Notes: a model not told the origin generated them from the letters alone. Counted from the stretch's first letter, positions 21,378 to 31,062 are shown. The stretch is DNA of 64,000 nt from an uncultured Candidatus Saccharibacteria bacterium (GCA_964569655.1 CAZMTN010000001.1:220-64219); one strand, 5' to 3'. Translations and numbers: made by a program.

Positions 21378-22265
21378 CCCATGCCCAGGCATGCTACTGT
21401 CTTACGTATGCGGATACTAAGCAGAGCGCCCCTTGCCGCGGCTTTTCACTTTGCACAAAGCATCTTCACAGGGAAGGCTGTTAATGCCTCCGATCTCATG
21501 CTCACACCGCTTCAAGCTGTCGCGGAGCTTGAGAAAAGAAGGAGAGTCCCCGGCTTAAAAGAGGAAGTGGAAGAGTATCTGGGCGGGGATATCCCAGCCT
21601 ATTTCGCAGATGGCCCGGTCCTGTATCTCGGACGGCATATCGCGACCCCTAACTTCGAGACATTGCGGTTCATTCACCTCGTGGAGCCGCTGGGCTTCAA
21701 GGCCGTGATAAGTCAGGATACGAAGGACCAGTTCGTATCCCAAAATCATGCAAAGAAAGCGCTGTGCAAGCTCCCCGTGTGTCGCCGGATATCGCAGAAG
21801 GAGGGCAGGGCGCACGAGATCATCCAGTACCAGACCATCGTCGATTTCAATGCCGCAGACGGTAAGCAATTCCGTGAGATTGATACGGTCTGGGGCGAAC
21901 CGCTCGTCCACTTTCATAAGCGCATGATGGATGCGTTGTCCCCGGTCCGCGTAGAGACGCCGGACGATGCCGAATGGATCGACCGTAACCATCGGGGCCA
22001 TCTGCTCGAGCACTTCAAGCGGCTGCTCGCGTTATTCATAATCCACGGAATCTTCTTCGAAGACTACGTTCCTGAAGATAAGGACTTCGTGCGTACGGTA
22101 TTCCGTCCTGCAATGGAATACGTCGAGAAGCGCTTTGGGTACCGGCCCCTAGTATCGCAGCTGGTGCCGGCTTCCATCGAAAGCGAGCTATTTTGGATAA
22201 GTTACCCTGAGAAGGCTGCGATCTTCATAAAGGAATCGAAAGTCCACAAGAAGGCAGGCGCCTAA
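21378..22265 (+). CDS. hypothetical protein (moderate-GC region)
   Basis: long ORF; track start 21339 lies inside terminator so real start later (21378/21408/21498); no motif recognised. Confidence 0.4.
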   Translation, partial: PMPRHATVLRMRILSRAPLAAAFHFAQSIFTGKAVNASDLMLTPLQAVAELEKRRRVPGLKEEVEEYLGGDIPAYFADGPVLYLGRHIATPNFETLRFIHLVEPLGFKAVISQDTKDQFVSQNHAKKALCKLPVCRRISQKEGRAHEIIQYQTIVDFNAADGKQFREIDTVWGEPLVHFHKRMMDALSPVRVETPDDAEWIDRNHRGHLLEHFKRLLALFIIHGIFFEDYVPEDKDFVRTVFRPAMEYVEKRFGYRPLVSQLVPASIESELFWISYPEKAAIFIKESKVHKKAGA

Positions 22266-22302
22266 GGTTGCGGACCATTCTGAGGAGTTATACTGGACAT
22301 AC

Positions 22303-22506
22303 ATGCTCAGGGCTTTCCCGTACCTATTGATTGCCGTCGCTATCATCATCTGTGTCGGCTACACGTTCCAGCAGACAGTAATGCAGGGGCAGGTCGAACT
22401 CATCCTCGAAGAGGAAGCTGAAGAAGAAGGCACTGAAGAGGAAATCCCGGAAGAAGAGGTCTTAGATGAGGAAGTCGTCGATGAAGAAACCTCAGAAGAG
22501 GAATAG
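22303..22506 (+). CDS. small membrane protein with poly-acidic tail
   Basis: TM LLIAVAIIICVGY then EEEAEEEGTEEEIPEEEV... Confidence 0.35.
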   Translation: MLRAFPYLLIAVAIIICVGYTFQQTVMQGQVELILEEEAEEEGTEEEIPEEEVLDEEVVDEETSEEE

Positions 22507-22509
22507 CCT

Positions 22510-24156
22510 ATGATCGACACCAACCTTTTTTGCGCAGATTCAGTACCGGTGCTCTGGGGGATTCTCGACCCCGCCATTGCTCCGCCGCTCCTGTACTACT
22601 CCTATCTCCCGATCATCATCGTCTCGCTGCTTTTCGGACTTTTGGTGCTCCTTGCGGATAAGGCATCCCTTCGCAGCCGTCTCCTTTTCTGGGTTTCCGT
22701 CGCTTTCTCCCTCTACCTGCTCAACGAGCTTATCCATTGGATAGCGGTCTTGGTGGTCCACGTCCATTTCGCCTGGCAGATGACCGCACTTATCCATGTG
22801 ATCCTCGTTGCGCTCATCGCGTCGTTCGTGACCGTATACCTCTACGATCGACTTCCTGGATGGTTCGGGTGGGTACTGGCGCTCATCTTCGCGCCAATCA
22901 TCCTCGCCACGCCTACTATCTTCAATATTCCTGCCTTCGATTTCAGTTACTGCGAAGGCCTCAATGGCCCGATCTGGACATACGTCTATGCCGTGGAAGT
23001 CCTCGCGCTCCTGTATGTGGTCGCCGCGAGCATCATCAAGAGTTTCCGCGTCCCTGAGCGCGCTCGGAAGTGGGAAGCGCTACTGCTTGGCTTCGGCGGC
23101 CTCCTCTTCCTAGGCATGTTTACGGTGTCTAATGTTGTTGGGGACCTCACGCTCACCTATGACTTCAACTTGTTCGGTCCGCTCGGCATGGTTGCGTTCC
23201 TCACTGCCATCTCGTACCTCATTGTGCGGTACCGGGCGTTCAATATGCGTGTGCTCGCGGCGCAAATGCTCATCGCCGGACTCATCATCCTCCTGTTCGC
23301 GGCTCTCTTCGTCCGGTCGATCGAGAACGTCCGGTACGTACTCATCGGGACGCTCATCCTCGTCTTCCTCCTCGGATGGCTGCTCGTCCGCAGCGTGAAG
23401 CGCGAAGTGGAACAGCGCCGCCGCATCGAGAAGCTCGCGCACGAGCTCGAAGCCACCAACGAGCGCCAGGAGACCCTCATCCACTTCATCAGCCACGAGG
23501 TGAAGGGCTTCCTCAACAAGGACATGGTCTCGTTCGCAGCGCTCTCTGAAGGGGATCTCGGCCCGCTACCGGCTCCGATGAAGCAGTTCGTAGACCAGGC
23601 GCTCATGCAGAGCCGCGAGGGCGCGAACTCGGTCATCGGCATCCTCCAGGCATCTAACCAGAAGAAAGGGACCGTCACGTATAAGAAAGAGCCGGTGGAT
23701 ATGCAGGCGATCACCGAGAACTGGTTCAAGAAGGTTAAGCCGGTCGCAGACAACAAGGGTCTCGCTATGACGCTCGCGATCGATCCGTCCGGCGCGCCGT
23801 ACACCATCACCGGAGACGCGGCCCAGCTCGGCGACCACGTGCTCAGGAACGTCATCGAGAACTCGGTTAACTACACCCCGTCCGGAAGCGTCACCGTTTC
23901 GCTTTCAAAAGCTAACGGGAAAGTAGTCTTCACCGTACAAGATACGGGCGTCGGCATCAATGCCGAGGACAAGAAGCGCCTCTTCACCGAAGGCGGACGC
24001 GGCAAGGATTCCCTCAAGGTGAACGTGCACTCCACCGGCTACGGTCTCTTCATCGCGAAGAACATCGTGGACGCGCACGGAGGAACCATCCGCGCGGAGT
24101 CGGAGGGACCAGGGAAGGGATCGAAGTTCGTAATCGAGCTTCCTGCTACTGCTTAA
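22510..24156 (+). CDS. sensor histidine kinase, multi-TM N-terminal domain
   Basis: ~7 TM segments; H-box LIHFISHEVKGFL; HATPase_c NxxxN...DTGVGI...GTGLGLFIAKNIVDAHGG. Confidence 0.8.
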   Translation: MIDTNLFCADSVPVLWGILDPAIAPPLLYYSYLPIIIVSLLFGLLVLLADKASLRSRLLFWVSVAFSLYLLNELIHWIAVLVVHVHFAWQMTALIHVILVALIASFVTVYLYDRLPGWFGWVLALIFAPIILATPTIFNIPAFDFSYCEGLNGPIWTYVYAVEVLALLYVVAASIIKSFRVPERARKWEALLLGFGGLLFLGMFTVSNVVGDLTLTYDFNLFGPLGMVAFLTAISYLIVRYRAFNMRVLAAQMLIAGLIILLFAALFVRSIENVRYVLIGTLILVFLLGWLLVRSVKREVEQRRRIEKLAHELEATNERQETLIHFISHEVKGFLNKDMVSFAALSEGDLGPLPAPMKQFVDQALMQSREGANSVIGILQASNQKKGTVTYKKEPVDMQAITENWFKKVKPVADNKGLAMTLAIDPSGAPYTITGDAAQLGDHVLRNVIENSVNYTPSGSVTVSLSKANGKVVFTVQDTGVGINAEDKKRLFTEGGRGKDSLKVNVHSTGYGLFIAKNIVDAHGGTIRAESEGPGKGSKFVIELPATA

Positions 24157-25162
24157 TCGCCTGGAAGACGTCCGGCACCTCGAGGCCGAGCGCCCAGAAT
24201 GACATGCCCCTGAGGCCGTTCTTAGTGACGAGCGGGATCTTATCCTTCACGCTCTGTCCGTTCTCGTACCAGAGGGTATGCTTCTTCCCGGTGATGGAGC
24301 TCGTGTACGTGAGCACCGGAGCTTTTTGTACGGCGTCATAGCGGTAGATAGGAGAGTGGAGGTTGAATACGTTATTGATGCCCTCGGCGCCGCCGATGCC
24401 GACGCGCTTGCCGGTCGCATCGTCGTACTGCCAGTAGTAGGTAGCCACGCCGAGCGATACCTTCTCCGGAGGGATCTGCGAGACGCTCCACTTCACGACG
24501 CGCTCGAGCCAGGCATAGCTCGCGATAGGCCCGCGGGAGGTCGGATCGTCGTAGGACATGATGGAGACGAAGTCGGCATGCTTGCCGAGCTCCTTGTAGT
24601 CGTAGACGCCGGCGAGGTTCGGCCAGACGCCGGGGAGGTATTCCGCCTCGTTCTCCGAGAATTGCGCGATCACCGCGACGCTGAGCAGCTTCTTCTTCTT
24701 GTGCATGGCTGCGGCGAAATCCTTCACGAACTTGGTGTACTTGTCCCGGTCCTTCGCGTACATCTGCTCGAAGTCGAGCTGGTAGCCGACGTAGCCGTGC
24801 TTCTTGGCCTCCTTCACGAGCGCCTTGATGGCCTTCTTCTGTGCCTTCGAGCTGTTGAGGAAATCCTCGCCCGCCTGGCGGCCGAAGCCGGCGTTCACGA
24901 CGAGCGGCATGACGTCTATCTTGTTCTTCTTGGTGAAGGCCAGGATGTCCTTGGGGACGCTGCCGGTGACGTTGCCCTTGGCGTCTACGCCGTAGGACTG
25001 CGGCGCGAAGATATCGATACTGTTCGCGTGGGTGAACAGGGACTGCTTCCCGAGATCGGTGCCGTTGTAATAGAAGAGACGCTCCATCGGCGCGGCGTAG
25101 GCAGGAGCCGCGAGCCCGAAGAGGATAGCGAGACCGAGGAGTGTAGTGAAAGTCCTTATCAT
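24146..25162 (-). CDS. glycoside hydrolase family 18-like protein (secreted)
   Basis: signal peptide MIRTFTTLLGLAILFGLAAPAYA; GH18-like core with degenerate DxxDxDxE (GYQLDFEQ); TATACT 6 nt upstream of ATG on - strand. Confidence 0.65.
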   Translation of the reverse strand: MIRTFTTLLGLAILFGLAAPAYAAPMERLFYYNGTDLGKQSLFTHANSIDIFAPQSYGVDAKGNVTGSVPKDILAFTKKNKIDVMPLVVNAGFGRQAGEDFLNSSKAQKKAIKALVKEAKKHGYVGYQLDFEQMYAKDRDKYTKFVKDFAAAMHKKKKLLSVAVIAQFSENEAEYLPGVWPNLAGVYDYKELGKHADFVSIMSYDDPTSRGPIASYAWLERVVKWSVSQIPPEKVSLGVATYYWQYDDATGKRVGIGGAEGINNVFNLHSPIYRYDAVQKAPVLTYTSSITGKKHTLWYENGQSVKDKIPLVTKNGLRGMSFWALGLEVPDVFQAIKQ

Positions 25163-25210
25163 TTTGGAAGTATAGCAATTTAGGCTCGTACCTGTTAGAT
25201 TCCGGATACT

Positions 25211-25906
25211 ATGCAAGCAGTAATCCTAGCGGCCGGGCGCGGCACGCGCATGAAGGAGCTGACGGACGACACCCCCAAACCCTTACTCAGCGTGGACGGG
25301 GTGACGCTGCTGCACCGGAAGCTCGCGGAGCTGCCGGAGTCCATAGATGAAGTGATCTTCGTGGTCGGGTACCACGGAGGAAAGATACGCGAAGCATTCG
25401 GAAGTACGTATGAAGGCCGTTCCATGAAATACGTGGAGCAGACTGAGCTGAACGGCACGGCAGGCGCCCTCTGGCTCGCGAAGGACCTCATCAAGGGCCG
25501 CTTCGTGGTCATGATGGGGGACGACCTCTACGTCCGTGAGGACATCGAGGCGGTCGCGAATGCGGGGGATTGGGCCATCCTCGTCTGTCCCACCGAGAAC
25601 ATGGGCTCAGGCGGGCGCATGGTGATCGAGGACGGGAAGGTGGTGGCGATCGAAGAGGGGAACTACGAGGGCCAGGCCGGCGTGATGAATACGAATCTCA
25701 TCGCGCTCGACAAGCGCCTCTTCGAGCACCCCATGATCCCGAAGTCCCTAGGCTCGAGCGAGTACGGCCTCCCGCAGACGGTGCTGCCCGCAAGCAAGGC
25801 GGCGGGCATCCCGCTCCATGCGCTCGAGGCCACCTTCTGGTTCCAGATCACCGCGCCGGAAGACCTTGCGGCTGCGGAGCAGGAGCTTAAGGCTCGCAGG
25901 CGTTGA
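25211..25906 (+). CDS. sugar-phosphate nucleotidyltransferase
   Basis: MQAVILAAGRGTRMKELTDDTPKPLL nucleotidyl-transferase G-loop. Confidence 0.75.
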   Translation: MQAVILAAGRGTRMKELTDDTPKPLLSVDGVTLLHRKLAELPESIDEVIFVVGYHGGKIREAFGSTYEGRSMKYVEQTELNGTAGALWLAKDLIKGRFVVMMGDDLYVREDIEAVANAGDWAILVCPTENMGSGGRMVIEDGKVVAIEEGNYEGQAGVMNTNLIALDKRLFEHPMIPKSLGSSEYGLPQTVLPASKAAGIPLHALEATFWFQITAPEDLAAAEQELKARRR

Positions 25907-25939
25907 ATGGGCTCTCCGGGTGCGGTATTGTGCACATAC

Positions 25940-26016
25940 GCTGGCGTAGCTCAGGTAGTTAGAGCATGGGACTCATAAACCCAAGGTCGGAGGTGCAAGT
26001 CCTCCCGCCAGCACCC
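25940..26016 (+). tRNA. tRNA-Met(CAT) (elongator-type by 1-72 pairing; Ile2 not excluded)
   Basis: acceptor GCTGGCG/CGCCAGC, D-arm GCTC..GAGC, anticodon loop CTCATAA, T-arm GGAGG-TGCAAGT-CCTCC. Confidence 0.8.
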
Positions 26017-26029
26017 TATATAGACGTCC

Positions 26030-26058
26030 TTGCGAATACGGGTAAAAACGGCTAAAGT
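26030..26058 (+). promoter_or_regulatory. sigma70-like promoter for tRNA-Asp
   Basis: TTGCGA-N17-TAAAGT ending 10 nt before tRNA 5' end. Confidence 0.4.
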
Positions 26059-26068
26059 CTAGAGCATT

Positions 26069-26142
26069 GCGGGAGTAGCTCAACTGGTTAGAGCGCCGCC
26101 CTGTCACGGCGGAGGTTGCGGGTTCAAGTCCCGTCTCTCGCG
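26069..26142 (+). tRNA. tRNA-Asp(GTC)
   Basis: acceptor GCGGGAG/CTCTCGC (G-U), anticodon stem CCGCC/GGCGG loop CTGTCAC, T-arm GCGGG-TTCAAGT-CCCGT. Confidence 0.85.
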
Positions 26143-26231
26143 CAGATGGACGCTAAGATGTCTAAATGAAAGAAAGACCGCCCAGTTGGGCGGTCTTTCT
26201 GGTTCAAGTGAAGATGCTAAGCTTCAGTCAT

Positions 26232-26813
26232 ATGGCAAGCGGGAAGGAAAAGCCCATCGCGATAATCATCTACGGCATGATCGCCGTCGGTAAACTTACG
26301 GTTGCGAAGGCACTCCAGAAGGAGCTTGGTTTCAAACTCACCCACAACCACCTCATTAATGATTTGGTATGGAGTGTCTTCGATCGAAATACGTTCGAAG
26401 CGAATGACCTCATTGAGAAAATGCGATTCCAGGTGTATGAGGAGGCTATTCGTCACAACGTGAATATTATCGTCACACACTGCTATTCACATGATTACGT
26501 CTCTCCAACGGGGCTCTCGGATCCAGAATACTTAAGGCAATTAGAAGAGAAGCTAGAAGCGGTTGGTGCAAGAACGCTGTTTGTTCATCTCCAGGCGGAT
26601 AGAGAGACTCTACTCAAGCGAGTTGATGGCGAGTCGAGACATCAGTACAAGAAGCTAACGAGCATAGAGAAGATGATCGAATACCTCGATGAAAAATTCT
26701 TTGATCTTAATACTTCAGCCCCGGTAAGGAATAATCATGTGATCGATAATACGAACATGGCTCCCGAGGACGTTGCGGCCTCTATTGCTGAGAAAGTACG
26801 CCAGCTCTCCTAG
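26232..26813 (+). CDS. P-loop NTPase, deoxynucleoside-kinase-like (degenerate Walker A)
   Basis: AIIIYGMIAVGKLTVAKAL resembles dNK P-loop (GNIAAGKST) but with GKLT; low GC (~42%). Confidence 0.45.
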   Translation: MASGKEKPIAIIIYGMIAVGKLTVAKALQKELGFKLTHNHLINDLVWSVFDRNTFEANDLIEKMRFQVYEEAIRHNVNIIVTHCYSHDYVSPTGLSDPEYLRQLEEKLEAVGARTLFVHLQADRETLLKRVDGESRHQYKKLTSIEKMIEYLDEKFFDLNTSAPVRNNHVIDNTNMAPEDVAASIAEKVRQLS

Positions 26814-26851
26814 CTTCAGTTCCAGTTCTGTCTACTGCCTCGCGCATCGTA

Positions 26852-26886
26852 CGAAACCGCCCGGAAGGGCGGTTTCGTGTTTCATT
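26852..26886 (+). terminator. intrinsic terminator
   Basis: CGAAACCGCCC-GGAA-GGGCGGTTTCG + TGTTTCATT. Confidence 0.7.
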
Positions 26887-26904
26887 GCCTGCTATAGTTT
26901 CCGC

Positions 26905-27978
26905 ATGGCAGACCCTCTCGAGAAGCGCAAGACGCTTGCGGAAAAGGTAGATCCTGAAGTTCAGCATCGGAATGAGCGGGCTGAACGCGTCATCACGCTC
27001 ATGGATCGACTTGGTGCTGAACAGGCTTTCAGTTCCCCCGAGGCGAGAGCCGCTTTCCTCAAGAATATGTCTTACGAGGATCTCAAGCGCATCGGAATCC
27101 TTACGAATGACACGTTGCGAGGGAAGGGAAAATCTTCAGATTTCGATGGGGCAGGTGTGCAGGTAAGAGAAGTGGATTCGCATGGCACGAATGTAAGCGA
27201 GTACATACCTCCGGATGAGGAAGATAAGGAACCCTTACTTCAGAAGATACTTGAATCCGCGAAACAATTGCCGAACATCGAGGACGCGGCCTTATTACTT
27301 GCGGTGGGTATCAATGCAGTGCATGCCTTTGCCGACGGCAACGGACGCGCGGCACGATTGGTCCTCCAACTTCTTGGTAAAGGATATGACGCGTCTCCAG
27401 AAGCTAAGGAGGCCGTAGCAAATATCCTTGGACCCGATGGTCGGAACTACCTTGATCCGGACACAAAGCATCTCCTGCCAGCTGTTAAATACATGACTGA
27501 AGTCGCTGTGGGCATGGAGCGCAATAATCCTCGGTCGCCGACTGAGGCTTGGTCCGACGCGGGTGCCATGGTCGGCGGCCTTTCGGTAGACACGCTTCCG
27601 GTTCCCAAGGGAATCGATAAGGAACATCGCCAGAAGCTGGTCGATATCATAGAAGAGCGGACATTCACCGCTCCGCTGTTCTTCTCCTTCCTTAAGGAGC
27701 ACGACATGCTTAGGGAGCCGTTCATAAAGTTCAATGACGTTCCAGGAAGGAGTCAATTCAATAAGCCGGACCAGTGGACCTCTATTCAGATCGACGAAGT
27801 GCTGGGCGCTCTCGACCAGGAGCAGATTCAAGAGCTACTTGCTAAGAATCGAAAGATTCGGAAATTGGGGGCCGAAGTCCTGATTAGAGTGTTCACTCAG
27901 CCTGATAAATTCAAGATGGCGGGGGGACAGCTCATGAGGGACAATTTCAGACAAAAGGCGTTGAAGCAGCTTGCTTAA
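26905..27978 (+). CDS. Fic/DOC family protein (Fido domain)
   Basis: canonical Fic motif HAFADGNGRAARL; ATG 26905 after terminator (track ORF 26773 N-part spurious); low GC. Confidence 0.75.
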   Translation: MADPLEKRKTLAEKVDPEVQHRNERAERVITLMDRLGAEQAFSSPEARAAFLKNMSYEDLKRIGILTNDTLRGKGKSSDFDGAGVQVREVDSHGTNVSEYIPPDEEDKEPLLQKILESAKQLPNIEDAALLLAVGINAVHAFADGNGRAARLVLQLLGKGYDASPEAKEAVANILGPDGRNYLDPDTKHLLPAVKYMTEVAVGMERNNPRSPTEAWSDAGAMVGGLSVDTLPVPKGIDKEHRQKLVDIIEERTFTAPLFFSFLKEHDMLREPFIKFNDVPGRSQFNKPDQWTSIQIDEVLGALDQEQIQELLAKNRKIRKLGAEVLIRVFTQPDKFKMAGGQLMRDNFRQKALKQLA

Positions 27979-28642
27979 TCCTAGTTCCAACAGCGTCCAC
28001 GAGTTTGGGCGTCACGGTATACTTGCTTCGATGTCTTTCACGAGCAGTCAATATAGGGTAATCGCGTTTAGTGGGCTGTACCTACTTCTCGGCGGCATTT
28101 ACTTCCTTCAGGATCTGAACTTCGAGTTCGTCATCTATATCGGCGTCATTGCTGCAGCGTTCCTGCTTCTGTTCGGAACGCTCCACATAACCCGGTTCCC
28201 GACGTACGTGCTCTGGCTCATATCGTTCTGGGGCATCCTCCATATCCTCGGCGGTTCGGTACCTACTGAGGATGGCGTCCTTTTCGCGTACCGCATCTAC
28301 CCGTTCCTCGACTACGGCGGGGAATTCTATGTCCTCAAGTACGACCAGGTCGTGCACGCGTACCTCTACGGCGTGATGTCCTTGGTGTTCCTCCATCTCG
28401 TCCGGCGCACGCTTTCCGCCGATGGACGGCTTTGGATCATCGTACTCATCGCCGTCATGGCCTCCATGGGCGTAAGCGCCATGAACGAGATCATGGAATT
28501 CCTCATTGCCATCAACCTCGAGCAGAACGGGGTGGGAGGGTACGAGAACGCCATGCTCGACCTCATATTCAACTTCGCGGGAGCGGTCATCGCGCCGGCG
28601 CTATTCTTTTCCCTAAGACGCGAAGCTCAGCTAAACGCATGA
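27971..28642 (+). CDS. hypothetical multi-pass membrane protein
   Basis: 5-6 TM segments; alternative start 28031. Confidence 0.45.
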   Translation: MLNPSSNSVHEFGRHGILASMSFTSSQYRVIAFSGLYLLLGGIYFLQDLNFEFVIYIGVIAAAFLLLFGTLHITRFPTYVLWLISFWGILHILGGSVPTEDGVLFAYRIYPFLDYGGEFYVLKYDQVVHAYLYGVMSLVFLHLVRRTLSADGRLWIIVLIAVMASMGVSAMNEIMEFLIAINLEQNGVGGYENAMLDLIFNFAGAVIAPALFFSLRREAQLNA

Positions 28643-29202
28643 ACCCGGAAGGTCCTCAGAATAAAGAGCGCATGCCGGAGATTGAAATCACCGCGCCGGC
28701 TCCAGGAGACGGGAAAGGCATGCAGGAGGTCTTCTACCGGACCTGGCTCGCCACCTACCCGAACGAGGAAGCGGGGATAACCGCAGAGGATATCGAATAC
28801 CGGTTCAAGGACCGTTTGAGCGAAGAGAAGATCGCGAGCGTTGAAAAGCGGATGCTAAACCCTGTGGAGGGCGAAACTCTTTTCCTCGCGAAGTCCGAAG
28901 GAAGGGTGGTCGGCGTATGTCGGATCGTGAAAGGGGACGAGGCAAACCGCCTCCAAGCGATATACGTACTTCCCGAATTTCAAGGGGAAGGCGTGGGAAA
29001 GAAGCTCTGGGAAGAAGCGAAGAAGCATTTTGACCCGGAGAAGGATTCGACCGTGCAGGCGGTGACTTATAACGCGAACGCGATTAAGTTCTATGAGGGC
29101 CTCGGATTCGTTGACACCGGGAAGCGTATCGAGGATGAACGCATGGAGAGTGGCGCAGTCATGACCATTCTCGAGATGCGCCGAAAGGCGGACAAGAGCT
29201 AG
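28639..29202 (+). CDS. GNAT family N-acetyltransferase
   Basis: RVVGVCRIV...QGEGVGKKLWEEA acetyl-CoA binding motif; ATGA overlap with upstream gene. Confidence 0.75.
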   Translation: MNPEGPQNKERMPEIEITAPAPGDGKGMQEVFYRTWLATYPNEEAGITAEDIEYRFKDRLSEEKIASVEKRMLNPVEGETLFLAKSEGRVVGVCRIVKGDEANRLQAIYVLPEFQGEGVGKKLWEEAKKHFDPEKDSTVQAVTYNANAIKFYEGLGFVDTGKRIEDERMESGAVMTILEMRRKADKS

Positions 29203-29423
29203 AGCTTCTCGATCTCCTTGAAGTCGTGGTCCGGCACGTAAAGGAGGATGAGGCCGAGGATGATGCCGGCGATGGCGGAGAAGGTGTGGTTACCGAAGAA
29301 GAAGAGGAGGTCGAAGTCGTCGGCGACGTACCAGATGCCGCGCCAGATGAGCACCAGTCCGATGATGAGCGGGAGGCTGCGCGCGAGCTGATGCACGAGA
29401 TCATCGGAACGAACTTTTCTCAT
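29199..29423 (-). CDS. small membrane protein (truncated from track ORF that overlaps tRNA)
   Basis: MRKVRSDDLV...two TM; longer ORF 29199..29618 overlaps tRNA-Thr so rejected. Confidence 0.3.
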   Translation of the reverse strand: MRKVRSDDLVHQLARSLPLIIGLVLIWRGIWYVADDFDLLFFFGNHTFSAIAGIILGLILLYVPDHDFKEIEKL

Positions 29424-29491
29424 TGCGTGCAGTATACCGTACGCCGCTTGGGAAGAGGAAACCCCCGTGGTATAAAGTCGGGACACCAGAT

Positions 29492-29567
29492 GCCGATGTA
29501 GCTCAGCTGGTAGAGCAACGCCATGGTAAGGCGTAGGTCCCCGGTTCAATCCCGGGCATCGGCTCCA
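29492..29567 (+). tRNA. tRNA-Thr(GGT)
   Basis: acceptor GCCGATG/CATCGGC, anticodon loop ATGGTAA, T-arm CCCGG-TTCAATC-CCGGG, CCA encoded. Confidence 0.85.
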
Positions 29568-29593
29568 AGGGGAGGAATTATACTGATACGGAT

Positions 29594-30517
29594 ATGGACG
29601 CACGAACCGTGCTCGCATGGATAGGCGCCGCAGCCATAGCGGCGTGCGTCGCTGTGCTCATCTTCCTTCCTGCGGATCAGGCTATCGCGCCCAAGAGCGT
29701 CCGGTCGCTGTTTGCAAAGCCGATCGAGATCCTGTTCGTGGGCGACATGTCGTTCGACCGCTACATTCGCCAGGTGAGCGCGCAGCACGGGGAAGACTAC
29801 CCGTTCTCCTGCATTAGCGCCTTCCTCCAGACTGCCGACATGGTGGTCGGAAACCTGGAGGGATCGATCACCGCGCATCCCTCGAAGAGCCTCGGTTCCG
29901 AAATCGGCAGCCCGGACAACTTCGTGTTCACGTTCCCTGTGGGAACGGCGGCGCTGCTCGCGCGGCACAACGTCACCGCGGTGAACCTCGGGAATAACCA
30001 CATCGGGGACTTCGGGCGGGAGGGCATGGAAAGCACGAGGCGGCATCTCGATGCCGCCGGCGTGGGGCACTTCGGGGGTCTCTCGGGAAGCGAGCCTGTG
30101 TACCGGCGGGATACGGTCTCGCTCGTGTCGTTCAATCAGTTCGGCGGGCAGACTGCCGAGAAGGTGGCCGCGCTCATCGCTGCAGAGAAGGCAGAAGGGC
30201 AGACCGTCATCGTGTACACGCACTGGGGCGAGGAGTACACGCAGGAAACCTCGGGGCTGGAGAGCGCCGCGCAGCTCTTCGTCCGGAGCGGAGCGGATGC
30301 GGTCATCGGGTCCCATTCGCACGTCATCGGGCAGCGCACGGACATCGATGGCGCGCCGGTATACTACTCGCTCGGCAATTTCATATTCGATCAGTACTGG
30401 AACCCGGAGGTGCGCACCGGCCTCGTCGTGCTCCTGCGCATAGACGGCAACCGGATCGAGACGCAGGAATACCAGGTGGACATTGGGAGAGACGGCAGGA
30501 CCTGCTTGTCTCAATAG
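29594..30517 (+). CDS. CapA family protein (poly-gamma-glutamate/capsule biosynthesis metallophosphatase-like)
   Basis: N-terminal TM; FVGDMSFDRY...VGNLEG...NLGNNHIGDFG...HWGEEY motifs. Confidence 0.8.
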   Translation: MDARTVLAWIGAAAIAACVAVLIFLPADQAIAPKSVRSLFAKPIEILFVGDMSFDRYIRQVSAQHGEDYPFSCISAFLQTADMVVGNLEGSITAHPSKSLGSEIGSPDNFVFTFPVGTAALLARHNVTAVNLGNNHIGDFGREGMESTRRHLDAAGVGHFGGLSGSEPVYRRDTVSLVSFNQFGGQTAEKVAALIAAEKAEGQTVIVYTHWGEEYTQETSGLESAAQLFVRSGADAVIGSHSHVIGQRTDIDGAPVYYSLGNFIFDQYWNPEVRTGLVVLLRIDGNRIETQEYQVDIGRDGRTCLSQ

Positions 30518-30590
30518 CGAAAGGGAGAATCAATAGCATACCGAACACCGGAACTACAAGTGGTCTGCAGCTAGGCTTATAATTAAGGAC

Positions 30591-31046
30591 ATGCCGAACC
30601 CGAAGAAGAAACGAACGCGCTGCCCGGTGTGCGGGAATGAGCCTGCGCGTTCCTTCTACAAGTACTGCAGTAATGCTTGCCAGCTCGAGTATCAGTACCA
30701 AGATTACATAAGGCGATGGAAGAAGGCTGAAATATCGGGACTTGATACGCTTGGCATTGTCCGTAGGCAGGTCAAGCGATATCTCCGTGAGAAGTACGGG
30801 AATAAATGCTGCTTATGCGGCTGGGGAGAAATCAATAAGATTCTAGGTAAGCCGCCTCTCATTGCTGACCATATCGACGGCAACTGGAAGAATAATACCG
30901 AGAAGAACCTCCGTCTCCTCTGCCCGAACTGTGATGCCCTCACAGATAGTTATGCTGCTCTGAATAAAGGGCGTGGAAGAGAGAATCGGAAGCCGAGCAA
31001 GAGAGCTATGACTGCGCGGATGATAGCCCAGGCGAAGAAAACGTGA
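30591..31046 (+). CDS. HNH endonuclease
   Basis: CPVCG...CCLCGW...IADHIDGNWKNNTEKNLRLLCPNCDA; low GC; sits between two tRNA-Thr genes. Confidence 0.65.
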   Translation: MPNPKKKRTRCPVCGNEPARSFYKYCSNACQLEYQYQDYIRRWKKAEISGLDTLGIVRRQVKRYLREKYGNKCCLCGWGEINKILGKPPLIADHIDGNWKNNTEKNLRLLCPNCDALTDSYAALNKGRGRENRKPSKRAMTARMIAQAKKT

Positions 31047-31062
31047 TATTTTCGTACATACC

